Source: Candidatus Binatia bacterium
GTDB taxonomy: Bacteria; Desulfobacterota; Binatia; Bin18
Direction of reading: 5' to 3'
DNA length: 64,000 nucleotides
Assembly (NCBI GenBank): GCA_963664395.2
Contig: OY761159.2
Location: 2,624,001 to 2,688,000 of the forward strand
The translations under genes were made by a program, and so were the position numbers. The first letter of the stretch is position 1. Every line of letters starts with the position of its first letter. The notes under the pieces are model-generated. The model made no database searches. It was given only the letters and a program-made list of their open reading frames with translations, and was not told the DNA's origin. Positions 1-10,248 of the stretch are shown here, one piece after another.

Positions 1-576
1 GAGAATCGAATATCCGACGGAAGCGGCCCACTCGATGGCCGCCGGCGAAGATGCCGCGGTCCACACGGGTGGATGCGGTTGTTGTAATGGTTTGGGCAGG
101 ACTTCGACATTATCAAAAGAGAAATACTTGCCCGCATAAGTCAGGCGGTCAGTGGTCCAGGCTTTGAGCACAATGTCTACGGTTTCCCGAAAGCGGGCGT
201 GGCTTTCCTCGACGGGCACCCCGAAGGCTTGAAACTCTTTCAGGTCAAAGCCGCGCCCGGCCCCCCAATTCACCCGGCCGCCCGACAGTATATCGAGCAG
301 GGCGATTTCCTCGGCCAGCCGGAGCGGGTGGTAGAAGCCGGCCAGGCACACGCCGGCCCCGATGCGGATATTCTTGGTGCGGGCCGCGGCGTACGTCCCG
401 ATGACCGGGATCGAAGGGCACACACTATAGTCGTTGAAATGGTGTTCGGTCAGCCAGACCGCATCATACCCGTTTTGGTCCATGATCTCGATGCGTTCCA
501 AACCGCGTTGATACACGGTCGCAATCTCGGTCCGACGTTCCGGCCAGCTAAAAAATTGGAGGATGCCAAATTTCAC
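1..576 (-). CDS. LLM class flavin-dependent oxidoreductase (partial, runs off window start)
   Basis: Manual translation from GTG at 576 (RBS GAGGAG upstream) gives MKFGILQFFSW...DAVWLTEHHF...HPLRLAEEIALLDILSGGRVNWGAGRG...PKPLQQPHPPVW, typical luciferase-like motifs. Confidence 0.88.
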   Translation of the reverse strand, partial: MKFGILQFFSWPERRTEIATVYQRGLERIEIMDQNGYDAVWLTEHHFNDYSVCPSIPVIGTYAAARTKNIRIGAGVCLAGFYHPLRLAEEIALLDILSGGRVNWGAGRGFDLKEFQAFGVPVEESHARFRETVDIVLKAWTTDRLTYAGKYFSFDNVEVLPKPLQQPHPPVWTAASSPAAIEWAASVGYSIL

Positions 577-688
577 GCAGTTCTCCTCAGCGTCGGTTGA
601 GTAGTCCACCGCAGTGTAGCGTGATCGGGGGATAAGTCTGCCCCCTCCTCACTGGTGGTTCCAGAGTAATTTTTCGACCGGCCTTGAT

Positions 689-708
689 TTAACTGTCCGT
701 TCGGTTAA
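689..708. promoter_or_regulatory. Imperfect palindrome, probable TetR operator
   Basis: TTAACTGTCCGTTCGGTTAA (14/20 self-complementary) lies just upstream of the tetR ATG and overlaps a TTGATT -35-like hexamer. Confidence 0.5.
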
Positions 709-720
709 TTATTGTCCCTC

Positions 721-1416
721 ATGGCTCGCCCCATCAAAACACCCTCGTCGCCGGACTACCGCGCCAGGATTGGAACGGTGGCTGAAGCGCTGTTTGCCGA
801 ACGTGGTTTTGACGGCGCCTCGATTCGGGAGATTGCCGAGCAGGCCGGCGCGACCAAGGCCCTCATCTATCACTACTACGCCAATAAAGAGGCGCTGTAT
901 CAGACCCTGCTTGAGGACGCGGTGAGCGGCGTGGTCACGCAGATTGAGGCGATTGCCGCGGACGGGAGCGAGCCCGAGACACAGATTCGGGCCGTGGTGC
1001 AGGTATTCATTGACGCCTATCATGACGCGCCGCACCGGTTTCAGATGGTACAACGCACCATTGACGACCATCACGCGATTGCCGCCGTGCTGGCCGACCG
1101 CTGGTTCTCGCGGGCGCACCGCGCCCTGCAGTCCGTTGTGGCGCGCGGCGTACGGCAGGGCAGTCTGAAGCCGCTGCCGGTCCGGATGGTGCCGTTTGCC
1201 GTCATCGGCCTCGTTATTCACACCCTGCGGGGACAGAAACTCGTGGGCCATGTGGACCCGCAACTGTCCGGCGAGCAGGTGCTGAGCGCTCTGCCGGACC
1301 TGGTCCTGGCCCTGCTCACCGCCGAGTCCGGTCAGACAAAAATCGGACGGCGGGGGGCACGCCCGTCTCGGAGACGATCTCCGAATCAAACCATACGCAC
1401 GGCCAAGAATTCATAG
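721..1416 (+). CDS. TetR/AcrR family transcriptional regulator
   Basis: N-terminal HTH: AEALFAERGFDGASIREIAEQAGATKALIYHYYANKEALY. Confidence 0.93.
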   Translation: MARPIKTPSSPDYRARIGTVAEALFAERGFDGASIREIAEQAGATKALIYHYYANKEALYQTLLEDAVSGVVTQIEAIAADGSEPETQIRAVVQVFIDAYHDAPHRFQMVQRTIDDHHAIAAVLADRWFSRAHRALQSVVARGVRQGSLKPLPVRMVPFAVIGLVIHTLRGQKLVGHVDPQLSGEQVLSALPDLVLALLTAESGQTKIGRRGARPSRRRSPNQTIRTAKNS

Positions 1417-1445
1417 CAGGCACGGCGGGCATAGAGGAACACTGC

Positions 1446-3986
1446 ATGGAGTCTATTTTTCGTTCGATCATCCGCTTTCGCTTTCTGGTCATTGCCGCGG
1501 TTTTGGGGGTAACGCTGGCCGCGGCCATGCAGCTTCAATACCTCCGCTTCGAGAGCGACGCCGAATCCATGATCCCCCCCAATGATCCGGTCCTGCACTA
1601 CAACGATGTGGTGGAAGAGCGCTTTGGGATGCTGGACCTCATTATCGTCGGTGTCCTGAACGATAACCCGCAGGAAAACGGGGTCTTCAATCCGCGCACC
1701 CTGGGCATTGTCAAAGAGTTCTCCGAGAAAATTGCGCTCCTGCCCGGTATCAAAGCCGTTCGGGATGAAGACGTGACCAGCGTGGCCACCATGGATAATA
1801 TCACCGGCACCAGCGACGGCATGTCGGTTGATCCCTTCATGGAAGAGCCGCCGCGCTCGGCCGAAGCCCTGGCCGCGTTGAAGGAAGCCCTGTTTGACAA
1901 TGCCATGTTTGTGGACTGGGTGGTATCGCGCGACGGCACCGGTCTGCTCATTATGGCCAGGATGGAATCGTCCGAGGGGACGCTTGAGGGGGTCGCCCGG
2001 CGGTCGGCAATCTACAAAACCATCCGTGACATGATCCGGGAAAAAGAGGCGGCCGGCGTGCCCGAGCAGTTCCATATTGCCGGTCGCGGGGCTATGGAGG
2101 TGACCTTCTCCGAAGACGCCCGGAGCGACATGGAACTCTTCATGCCGCTGGTCCTGTGCATTGTCCTCGGCACGCTGTATCTGACCTATCGCAGTCTGCG
2201 CGGCGTCCTCCTGCCGTTCGCCGTGGTGATCATCTCCGTCATCTGGAGCATGGGCCTGATGGCCTGGGTCGAGGTACCCATGTATTTCGTCTCGACCATG
2301 ATGCCGGTCACGCTGATGGCGATCGGGGTGGCCTACGGCATTCATATTCTCAGCCGCTACTACGACGAAATCCTCAGTCAAGCCGAACCGGACGCAAACG
2401 CAGCCGTCATGGCGGCCATGCGGGAAATGTGGAAGCCGGTGGTGTTTACGGCCCTGACGACCGCGGCCGGCTTTCTGTCCTTTCTGACCGCGGCCATGGT
2501 GCCCATCCGCTACTTCGGCGTGTTTACCTCGGTCGGGGTTCTGGCGGCAATGGTGGTCTCGCTGACGTTTTTTCCCGCGGTGCTGAGCCTGCTGTCGCCT
2601 CGGGTCGGGCGGGGCCTGCGGCGACAAATGAAGCGGGGCGGCGACCTTGCAGCCACCGGCTGGGCCGCGCGTATCCTTTCCAGTCTGGGCCGGGGTGTCG
2701 CCCGGCGGCCGTTGCTGGTGTGGAGCATAACGGTTGGCAGTATGCTCGTCTGTCTGCTCGGCCTCCAGCGCCTGTCCGTCGACTCGTCATGGATTGATGT
2801 GTTCCACCAGCAGAGCCCGATTCGTATCGGCGACGAGGTCCTGCGAGAGAAGTTTCAGGGCACGTTGCCCGTGTATGTGGCCATCGAAGGCCACGAACCC
2901 GACCTGCTCAAAGACCCGGTCCTGCTGCGTAAGCTTGACCGGCTGCAAGCCGAGATTGAGCAGGACCCCATTGTGGGTGGGTCGCTGTCGATTGCCGAGT
3001 TCATCAAACGCATGAACCGGGTCATGAACGAGGATCGAGAGGAGATGGAAGTCATCCCCGACTCGCGCGATCTGGTCGCCCAATACCTGCTGCTGTACTC
3101 ATTCTCCGGAGACCCGGACGATTTCGATGAGGTGGTCGATTATGACTATCAGCACGCCAACGTGTCGTTTTTTCTGCGCTCGGACCACAGCTCCGACATC
3201 GAGCGCGTGATCGACCGGATTCAGGACTTTGTGGTCCGGGAATTCGGACTGGCCGAGGGGAACGGCGATAAGGCGGGCGAGCACGATCCGCTGACGGTGC
3301 GGTTCGGGCGCTGGCTGGCCGGTATCTCGCCCACGGTCATTGGCTGGGAGACCAAGAGCGGCTTCTGGATCGGCTTTGCCGGGCAGGGCTATATGAGCAA
3401 CCGCTTCAGCGAGCTGGTCGTGTCCGGTCAGTTGACCAGCCTGGTCACCTCGCTGCTGGCGGTGTTTCTGCTCACTACCTGCATGTTCCGCTCCGTGGTT
3501 GCCGGTCTGATCAATATCATTCCCATCAGCGCGGTGATGGTGTTCAGCTTTGGCCTCATGGGGCTGCTCGGTATTCCCCTCGAAGTGGGAAAATCCATGA
3601 CCGCCTCCATGGTGATCGGGATCGGGATCGACTACACCATCCACTTTCTGAATAAATATCAACTGAAAACCAAAGGCGGCCTGGTCGATCCGGAGCAGAT
3701 TACCGTGGCCACGATGGCCACCTCGGGCAAAGCCATTTTCTTTAATGCGGCCGTGGTGGTCGGCGGCTTCCTGGTCTTTCTGACCTCTAACTTCAAGCCC
3801 AATTTCTATCTCGGAGCGATGATGGCGCTGAACATGGGCGCCTGCCTGCTGGCCTCAATGACGCTCCTGCCGGCCATCCTGAATACGTTCAAGCCGCGTT
3901 TTGTGTATGGCACCACGCCGTCGCCCGCTCCGCCGACGAGAACGGACTATGTAGTTTCAACTCCACACGAGAAGGAGACAGTATGA
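1446..3986 (+). CDS. MMPL/RND family transporter
   Basis: 846 aa; two repeats of TM + large loop + 5 TM; motifs AIGVAYGIH and IGIGIDYTIH. Confidence 0.92.
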   Translation: MESIFRSIIRFRFLVIAAVLGVTLAAAMQLQYLRFESDAESMIPPNDPVLHYNDVVEERFGMLDLIIVGVLNDNPQENGVFNPRTLGIVKEFSEKIALLPGIKAVRDEDVTSVATMDNITGTSDGMSVDPFMEEPPRSAEALAALKEALFDNAMFVDWVVSRDGTGLLIMARMESSEGTLEGVARRSAIYKTIRDMIREKEAAGVPEQFHIAGRGAMEVTFSEDARSDMELFMPLVLCIVLGTLYLTYRSLRGVLLPFAVVIISVIWSMGLMAWVEVPMYFVSTMMPVTLMAIGVAYGIHILSRYYDEILSQAEPDANAAVMAAMREMWKPVVFTALTTAAGFLSFLTAAMVPIRYFGVFTSVGVLAAMVVSLTFFPAVLSLLSPRVGRGLRRQMKRGGDLAATGWAARILSSLGRGVARRPLLVWSITVGSMLVCLLGLQRLSVDSSWIDVFHQQSPIRIGDEVLREKFQGTLPVYVAIEGHEPDLLKDPVLLRKLDRLQAEIEQDPIVGGSLSIAEFIKRMNRVMNEDREEMEVIPDSRDLVAQYLLLYSFSGDPDDFDEVVDYDYQHANVSFFLRSDHSSDIERVIDRIQDFVVREFGLAEGNGDKAGEHDPLTVRFGRWLAGISPTVIGWETKSGFWIGFAGQGYMSNRFSELVVSGQLTSLVTSLLAVFLLTTCMFRSVVAGLINIIPISAVMVFSFGLMGLLGIPLEVGKSMTASMVIGIGIDYTIHFLNKYQLKTKGGLVDPEQITVATMATSGKAIFFNAAVVVGGFLVFLTSNFKPNFYLGAMMALNMGACLLASMTLLPAILNTFKPRFVYGTTPSPAPPTRTDYVVSTPHEKETV

Positions 3987-4786
3987 AGACCTTATGGATA
4001 ATCGGACTGGGATGCTGGGTGCTGAGTGCGGCTCCGCTTGCCTCTGCCCAGGAAGTCCCCGGTGAGCCCACCGGACGCGAAATTGCCGTCATGGTTGACG
4101 AGCGTGAAGACGGCGACGATCAAATCTCCGAGGCCGTCTGGACGCTGACCAATAGCAAGGGCAAGACGCGCAAGCGCGATACCCTGCGCTACTGGAAAGA
4201 CTATGAGGGCCAGGAGGGGCTGTCGAGCAAAACTTTTGTCTATTTTGAGTCCCCGCCGGATGTCAAAGACACCACCTTTCTCAACTGGTCGCAGGAAGAC
4301 GCCGAGGCCGACGACGACCAGTGGATCTACCTGCCGGCCCTGCGCAAGGTGCGCCGGATTGCCTCCGGAGATAAAGAAAACTCCTTTATGGGCACCGATC
4401 TCATCTACGATGACATGGGGGACCGGGAGGTAGAGGAGGATACGCACAAGCTGCTGCGCGTCGAGCAGAACAATGGCACCAAGTTCTATATCCTGGAGTC
4501 CGTACCCACCAAGGAGAATTACATCTACAGCAAAAAGCTCCGCTGGATAAACGCCGAGAACCTGACCGAACCCAGAATTGAATTTTACGACCGCAAAGAC
4601 CGCCTGCTCAAAATCTGGACAACAGAGTGGACGCAGATTGAGGGGATTTGGAACTGGAAACGGACCGTAGTGGAAAATCAACTCACCGGCCATAAGACCG
4701 AGCTGGATATCAGCAATGTTCGATTCAATCAGGGTCTCAAGGAGTCGATTTTTACCGAACGGTCGCTACGCAAGGGCGCGCCCTAG
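3983..4786 (+). CDS. Outer membrane lipoprotein-sorting (LolA-like) periplasmic protein
   Basis: Signal peptide; motif DDQWIYLPALRKVRRIA...SFMGTDLIYDD; ATGA overlap with the RND gene. Confidence 0.88.
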   Translation: MKTLWIIGLGCWVLSAAPLASAQEVPGEPTGREIAVMVDEREDGDDQISEAVWTLTNSKGKTRKRDTLRYWKDYEGQEGLSSKTFVYFESPPDVKDTTFLNWSQEDAEADDDQWIYLPALRKVRRIASGDKENSFMGTDLIYDDMGDREVEEDTHKLLRVEQNNGTKFYILESVPTKENYIYSKKLRWINAENLTEPRIEFYDRKDRLLKIWTTEWTQIEGIWNWKRTVVENQLTGHKTELDISNVRFNQGLKESIFTERSLRKGAP

Positions 4787-4798
4787 ATTGTTCTCCTT

Positions 4799-6871
4799 AT
4801 GAGCAGCACGCCCACGAGGCTGAAGACCCAGGTCTTCAGCCTGATCGCGATCCTCTGGAAATGGGTAATCGTGCCAACATTTGCCTGTCTGTTGTGGGGC
4901 ACGTTCACCCATTCTGGAGCAGGAACAGCGCTCGCCCAATCCGCCTCTCCCTCGGTCCTGCGTCTCCACAAGGTCCATCTGACTGCCGAGGGGAGTCAGC
5001 GACAGGTGGTGCTGCAATTCTCTCAAGCGCCGAGTGCCGTTCACGCCTTTGCGCTTTCGACTCCAACCCGTCTCGTGATCGACGTCATCGGGCCGGTCCT
5101 GCCGCTCCCCTCAGCGGCCTATCCGGCCAAGGATACGCTCCTGCGCCGTGTCCGGGTGGGTACCCACCCGCAACATCTGCGCTTTGTGCTCGACCTCAAA
5201 GGCGAGAAACTGCCGGCCTTTACCGTCGAACAGCAGGGCAGTCGGGTAAGTGCGGTGCTCCGGACGCCGGACCGGCCGACCCCGGAGGTGAGGGCGCAGA
5301 TACTGTTTGAAAGTCCTGAGGTCCAGCGCCTGACCCAATCGACCCCAGCGCCGGCCGATTCCGGGTCCGAGCCCCCTCGGTCGGAGCAGCAGGTCACAGC
5401 CGCACCGGCTCCACCGCCATCATCGCTGGCACCATCGGCTCCGAAAACGGAGGCCGCGTCAGCCGCTCAGAGGAGTAGCGCGGCCAGTCGTCCGAGCCCC
5501 CCCCGCGCCACTCCGGTTGCTCGGCGGCCTGAGAGAGAGCCTCAACCCGGCTTGTTTCAGACCCTGCGGGATCGCTTGGACGTGACCGGCTTTGTCAAAA
5601 ACGAAACCGCGCTGCGGTTCCACTCGCCGCATCAGTTCTCGAAGTCTCAGAACTGGTTGCAGGCCGAGATTGAGTTTGAACTCACCGATTGGGCCGAACT
5701 CACCATCCTCGGGCGGTCGCTGTTTGACCCGGTCAATCATCTGGAAACCAATATCGATGATTTTCATACCTCCCCCATTGATCGCCTGGAGGCTGGCGAT
5801 TCGTTTCAGGCCGAGCTGCGGGAACTGTATCTCGACCTGCTCTACGATGATTTTGATATCCGTCTGGGCCGGCAACAGATCGTGTGGGGCGAGTCCATCG
5901 GCCTGCGCATCCTTGATGTGATCAACCCGCAGGACTTTCGCGAATTAATTCTGAACGACTTTATTGATGCCCGCATCCCGCTATGGAGTCTGCGGGTGGG
6001 CTACACGCTGAGCGACTGGACGTTTGAGGGCCTGTGGCTGCCCGACTTCGAGGCCAGCCGTCCGGCCGACCAGGGCAGCGAGTTTCAGTTTCGGAACGTT
6101 CCGCTTCCCGCGTTGCCCGTTCAGCCTCCCCCGCCGTTCCCCTCGGTCCAGGTGGGTTCGGTGCATCAACCTGAGGATTGGCGGCTGAGCGATTCCGAGG
6201 TTGGATTTCGGGTGACGCGCTTCATGCGTAATATGGACCTGTCGCTGAACTATTTATACTCCTGGAGCGATTTCCCCGTCCCGTTCCGGCGGGTGCTGGC
6301 CCCCAACGCATTTCGTTTTGAGCCCCGGCATGAGCGCTTCCACCTGATTGGCGGCAGTTTTAACTACGCCTTTGACGTGTTTGTGATTCGCGGTGAGGGA
6401 GGCTTGAGACTCGGGGAACACTTTGTGTCCGGCGATCCACACGACCGCGACGGTATCCGGCAGCGAGAGTTCCTGTCCTATGTCTTAGGGGTGGACTGGA
6501 CGGTGAACGATAATCTCATGGCGAATGTACAGTTCTTCCAGAATGTGATTTTCAATGCGCCCGGAGCGCTTGTTGGCGAGTCCGTTGAGAATGCGGTGTC
6601 GCTCTTCTTGCTGTCCGACTTTATAAACGAAACCCTCCACCCTCAACTGCTGGTGCTGTACGGTATCAACTTTGGCGACCTGCTCATTCGCCCCCAGGTC
6701 CGGTACGATTTCTCGGACTATGTGTCCGCCACCATCGGGGCCGATTTCTTTATCGGCTCGCGCTCCGGTCTGTTCGGCCAGTTTGCTGCTCCCGTACGCA
6801 CCCACGATCGGTACTGGACGGGACGGAACAGTAGACTCTTCCTTGAAGTGAAGCGCTCGTTTGCGCTGTAG
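4799..6871 (+). CDS. AMIN-domain + Pro-rich linker + DUF1302-like outer-membrane beta-barrel protein
   Basis: AMIN-like PTRLVIDV...RRVRVG...LRFVLDL; Pro/Ala/Ser linker; barrel motifs LRELYLD...IRLGRQQIVWG and a C-terminal EVKRSF strand. Confidence 0.75.
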   Translation: MSSTPTRLKTQVFSLIAILWKWVIVPTFACLLWGTFTHSGAGTALAQSASPSVLRLHKVHLTAEGSQRQVVLQFSQAPSAVHAFALSTPTRLVIDVIGPVLPLPSAAYPAKDTLLRRVRVGTHPQHLRFVLDLKGEKLPAFTVEQQGSRVSAVLRTPDRPTPEVRAQILFESPEVQRLTQSTPAPADSGSEPPRSEQQVTAAPAPPPSSLAPSAPKTEAASAAQRSSAASRPSPPRATPVARRPEREPQPGLFQTLRDRLDVTGFVKNETALRFHSPHQFSKSQNWLQAEIEFELTDWAELTILGRSLFDPVNHLETNIDDFHTSPIDRLEAGDSFQAELRELYLDLLYDDFDIRLGRQQIVWGESIGLRILDVINPQDFRELILNDFIDARIPLWSLRVGYTLSDWTFEGLWLPDFEASRPADQGSEFQFRNVPLPALPVQPPPPFPSVQVGSVHQPEDWRLSDSEVGFRVTRFMRNMDLSLNYLYSWSDFPVPFRRVLAPNAFRFEPRHERFHLIGGSFNYAFDVFVIRGEGGLRLGEHFVSGDPHDRDGIRQREFLSYVLGVDWTVNDNLMANVQFFQNVIFNAPGALVGESVENAVSLFLLSDFINETLHPQLLVLYGINFGDLLIRPQVRYDFSDYVSATIGADFFIGSRSGLFGQFAAPVRTHDRYWTGRNSRLFLEVKRSFAL

Positions 6872-6920
6872 GTGGTTATCCGACCGTAAGTCTTGCCATG
6901 TTTCTCTCCAAAAATAAGAA

Positions 6921-8144
6921 TTACCGATTCTCCTCGACCACTACCCCGGCCGCGCGCAGTTGTTCGACTTCTTCCACGGATCGTCCCAAATACGAAGTCA
7001 GCACCTCTTCGTTATGCTGTCCCAGCGTGGGCGCGTGGAGGGGGAGTTCGTCCGGGAACTCGGAAAACTTGAGCGGAAAACCGGGTACGTCGAGATCACC
7101 ATGGATTGGGTCGTTGATTGTTGTCACGGTGCCACGCTCTCGCAGATGCGGGTAGTCGAGCGTCTCAGCCACAGAGAGCACCGGAGCGACTGGAACGTGA
7201 AAACTCTCTAAGTGAGCAACTGCGCTCTCTACATCAGGAAACGTCTGCAGCCAGTCTTCTATCATTGTGGTGACTTCGTCTCGGCGTTTGAGCCGGGCTT
7301 GATCCGTACTGTACTGTGGATCGTCAATCAGCTCAGGCCGTTCGATTGCTTTGCAGAAATCCGGCCAGTGATGGAAAATGGCCATGATAACCAAGTAGCC
7401 ACCGTTGCCACGAAAGACACCTGAGGGGCAGGCATAAGTCATATGGCGGCCAACACGGGTTGGCTTAATGGCGCCTTCTGTGGCACGCGGGGTATGCACG
7501 TTGACCTCGTGGTAGTGGTAGTACACATCCAACAGCGCAACATCGAGATGTTGGCCCCGACCGGTATTGTCCCGGTGGCGTAAGGCCGCTAGGACGGCGA
7601 GTGCGCCATGTACCCCTGTGCTGACATCCCCCATACCGACCAGCGGGATGTAAGGTGCATCGTCCTCCTCTCCGATCATTGAGGTCACCCCGGAATATGC
7701 CTGAGCGATATAATCGTAGCCAGGCTTATGGGCTAAAGGGCCGGTCTGGCCAAGGGCAGAGATAGAGCACAGAATGATATCAGGCTTGAGCTCTTTGAGC
7801 TGCTCATAACTGAGACCCATATCTGCCATGACACCGGGCTTGAAATTCTCAACCACGATATCAACGTGCTGAATCAGCTCGGTCACAAGCGCCATGCCGC
7901 GCGGATCGCGCAGATTGACACACAGACTTTTCTTGCCTCGATTGTGCTGAACGTGGAACAAGCTGCGCTTGTTGCGAAACACGGAGAAATTCCGCCCAAG
8001 ATCGCCCTTGGGCGCAGACTCGACTTTGATGACATCGGCCCCCATCTCGGCCAGCATGCGGCTGCACGTTGGGCCGGCGAGAGCCCGGGTGAAATCGAGC
8101 ACCCGCAGTCCGCTGAGAACATGTTGTGTGCCTTGGGTCGTCAT
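6921..8144 (-). CDS. CaiB/BaiF family III CoA transferase (paralog 2)
   Basis: LRVLDFTRALAGP, GADVIKVE, NRGKKSL, VENFKPG, GYDYIAQA, GDVSTG; start at 8144 after AAGGAGG. Confidence 0.93.
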   Translation of the reverse strand: MTTQGTQHVLSGLRVLDFTRALAGPTCSRMLAEMGADVIKVESAPKGDLGRNFSVFRNKRSLFHVQHNRGKKSLCVNLRDPRGMALVTELIQHVDIVVENFKPGVMADMGLSYEQLKELKPDIILCSISALGQTGPLAHKPGYDYIAQAYSGVTSMIGEEDDAPYIPLVGMGDVSTGVHGALAVLAALRHRDNTGRGQHLDVALLDVYYHYHEVNVHTPRATEGAIKPTRVGRHMTYACPSGVFRGNGGYLVIMAIFHHWPDFCKAIERPELIDDPQYSTDQARLKRRDEVTTMIEDWLQTFPDVESAVAHLESFHVPVAPVLSVAETLDYPHLRERGTVTTINDPIHGDLDVPGFPLKFSEFPDELPLHAPTLGQHNEEVLTSYLGRSVEEVEQLRAAGVVVEENR

Positions 8145-8157
8145 AGCCACCTCCTTA

Positions 8158-9381
8158 CTACGAATTTTTCTCAAACAAGACGCCGGCGTCACGCAACTGC
8201 TGCACCTCTTCGGGCGACCGTTGCAGATACTCCGTCAGGATTTCTTTGTTGTGCTGTCCCAAGGTTGGTGCGGTGAGAGGTAAGTCGTCAGGAAAACGAG
8301 AAAAGCGGAGCGGCATGCCGGGGATATCAAACTCGCCGACAATGGGATCATTGATAGTGCGCACGGTGCCACGTTCGCGCAGGTGCGGGTGCTGCGTCGT
8401 TTCGGCCACCGACAAGACCGGCGCAACCGGGACTCCGAACTTCTCCATATGATCGACTGCGCTCTGCGCATCGGGAAAGGTTTCCTGCAACCAGTCTTCG
8501 ATAATCTTGACGACCTCATCCCGGTTTTCGAGTCGCAGCACATCGTTGCTATAGCGTTCGTGCTCGACCAACTCCGGTTTGTCCATGGCGGCGCACAGGT
8601 CCTTCCAGTGATGCAGAAAGGCCATGATGACGACCGAGCCGCTTTTGGCGCGAAAGACGCCCGCCGGACAGACATAGCTTAAATGCCGGCCAGCCCGGAT
8701 GGGACGTATTTTGCCCTCGGTGCCGCTGTACTGATGCACGTTGACCTCGTGGTAGTGGTAGTACACATCCAGCAGGCCGATATCGAGATGCTGACCCTCG
8801 CCAGTGCGATCGCGGTAGCGTAGGGCAGACACGACGGCGAGTGCGCCATGCACACCCGTGCTGACATCCCCCATCCCAACCCCGGGAAGATACGGGGCTT
8901 CGTCAGGGTCGCCGATCATGGATGTCACACCAGAGTAGGCTTGGGCAATATAGTCATAGCCCGGTTTACTGGACAGGGGGCCTTTTTGACCCAGGGCTGA
9001 AATAGAGCACAGGATAATATCCGGCTTGATTTTCTTGAGTTCCTCGTAACCCAGCCCCATTTGGGCGATCACGCCGGGCTTGAAATTCTCGACCACCACA
9101 TCCATCTGGGCCACCAGCTCCTTAATAATGGCCAGGGCTTTGGGGTCGCGGATATTCACGCATAAACTCTTCTTGCCGAGATTCTGCTGAATAAAATACA
9201 GACTCCGTTCCTTTTCAAAGACCGAGATGCCGCGCACCATATCGCCTCGGGGCGCGGACTCGACCTTAATCACATCGGCTCCCATCTCGGCCATCATCCG
9301 CGTACAACTCGGCCCGGCCAGGGCCCGGGTGAAATCCAGAACACGCAAATCGCTCAGAATATGTTCCATTCCGTGTGGCAT
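8158..9381 (-). CDS. CaiB/BaiF family III CoA transferase (paralog 1)
   Basis: Same family motifs as the downstream paralog. Confidence 0.93.
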   Translation of the reverse strand: MPHGMEHILSDLRVLDFTRALAGPSCTRMMAEMGADVIKVESAPRGDMVRGISVFEKERSLYFIQQNLGKKSLCVNIRDPKALAIIKELVAQMDVVVENFKPGVIAQMGLGYEELKKIKPDIILCSISALGQKGPLSSKPGYDYIAQAYSGVTSMIGDPDEAPYLPGVGMGDVSTGVHGALAVVSALRYRDRTGEGQHLDIGLLDVYYHYHEVNVHQYSGTEGKIRPIRAGRHLSYVCPAGVFRAKSGSVVIMAFLHHWKDLCAAMDKPELVEHERYSNDVLRLENRDEVVKIIEDWLQETFPDAQSAVDHMEKFGVPVAPVLSVAETTQHPHLRERGTVRTINDPIVGEFDIPGMPLRFSRFPDDLPLTAPTLGQHNKEILTEYLQRSPEEVQQLRDAGVLFEKNS

Positions 9382-9409
9382 TATGCTCCTCCGTTTCGTG
9401 TATTTGCTA

Positions 9410-10189
9410 TCAGTCCCACATCAGCCCGCCGTCGACGTTAAACGATTGGCCGGTGATATTGCGCGCCTCATCCGAGGCCAGGAAGACGGCCATATTAGCA
9501 ATATCATCCGGGCTATTGGAACGCTTGAGGGGAATCGAGGCATCGAGGCGGGATATCGCCTGTTCTTCGCTTATTCCCTCGCGCTCGGTGAGTTGCTTCA
9601 TAACGTTGGTGTACAAATCCGTGCGGGTGGCGCCGGGGCAGATGGCATTCACATTGATATTATGTTTGGCGAGCTGCGAGGCGCCGATACGGGTCATGGC
9701 GATAACGGCCCCCTTTGAGCCGGCATACGAGATATTCGACGTGCCCCGAAAGCCCTTGCCGGCGATGGACGCGATATTGATGATCTTGCCTTCTTTGCGT
9801 TTCGCCATCTCCCGCGCCACCGCCTGCATACAGAAAAAGACGCCCTTGGCGTTGACAGCATGAATCCAGTCCCAGTCTGCCTCGCTGACATCAAAAAACC
9901 CCAGGCTTTTTGTGACCCCGGCATTATTGACCAGAATATCAATCCGGCCAAAGGTTTCCATGGCGGTGGCGACCATAGCGTTGATGTCTTCCACCCGTCC
10001 CATATCTGTTTTGACAAACAGGCCGCGGCGGTCGTGGGCGCTCACCTCGGCCGCGGTTTGCCGGCCGGTGACCTCATTGATTTCCGCGCCAACAACGTGG
10101 GCGCCCTCTTTGGCACACCGCAGGGCAATGGCCTTGCCCATGCCGGTCCCGATCCCCGTCACGATGGCGATCTTCTCTTTGAGCAACAT
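9410..10189 (-). CDS. SDR family oxidoreductase
   Basis: TGIGTGMG, NNAG, YAGSK, NVDGG; start MLLKEK after GAAGGAGG. Confidence 0.92.
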   Translation of the reverse strand: MLLKEKIAIVTGIGTGMGKAIALRCAKEGAHVVGAEINEVTGRQTAAEVSAHDRRGLFVKTDMGRVEDINAMVATAMETFGRIDILVNNAGVTKSLGFFDVSEADWDWIHAVNAKGVFFCMQAVAREMAKRKEGKIINIASIAGKGFRGTSNISYAGSKGAVIAMTRIGASQLAKHNINVNAICPGATRTDLYTNVMKQLTEREGISEEQAISRLDASIPLKRSNSPDDIANMAVFLASDEARNITGQSFNVDGGLMWD

Positions 10190-10248
10190 ACTGTCCCTCC
10201 TTCGCTTGCAGCGGAATCTTATCCACTGTGGGTGAGGCGACCACGCCC

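Noticed and set aside
1386-2627. Long antisense ORFs (e.g. 1386-2627, 29592-30449, 54899-55732, 58658-59404)
   Set aside because: They are shadows of well-supported genes on the opposite strand in GC-rich DNA and show no motifs.
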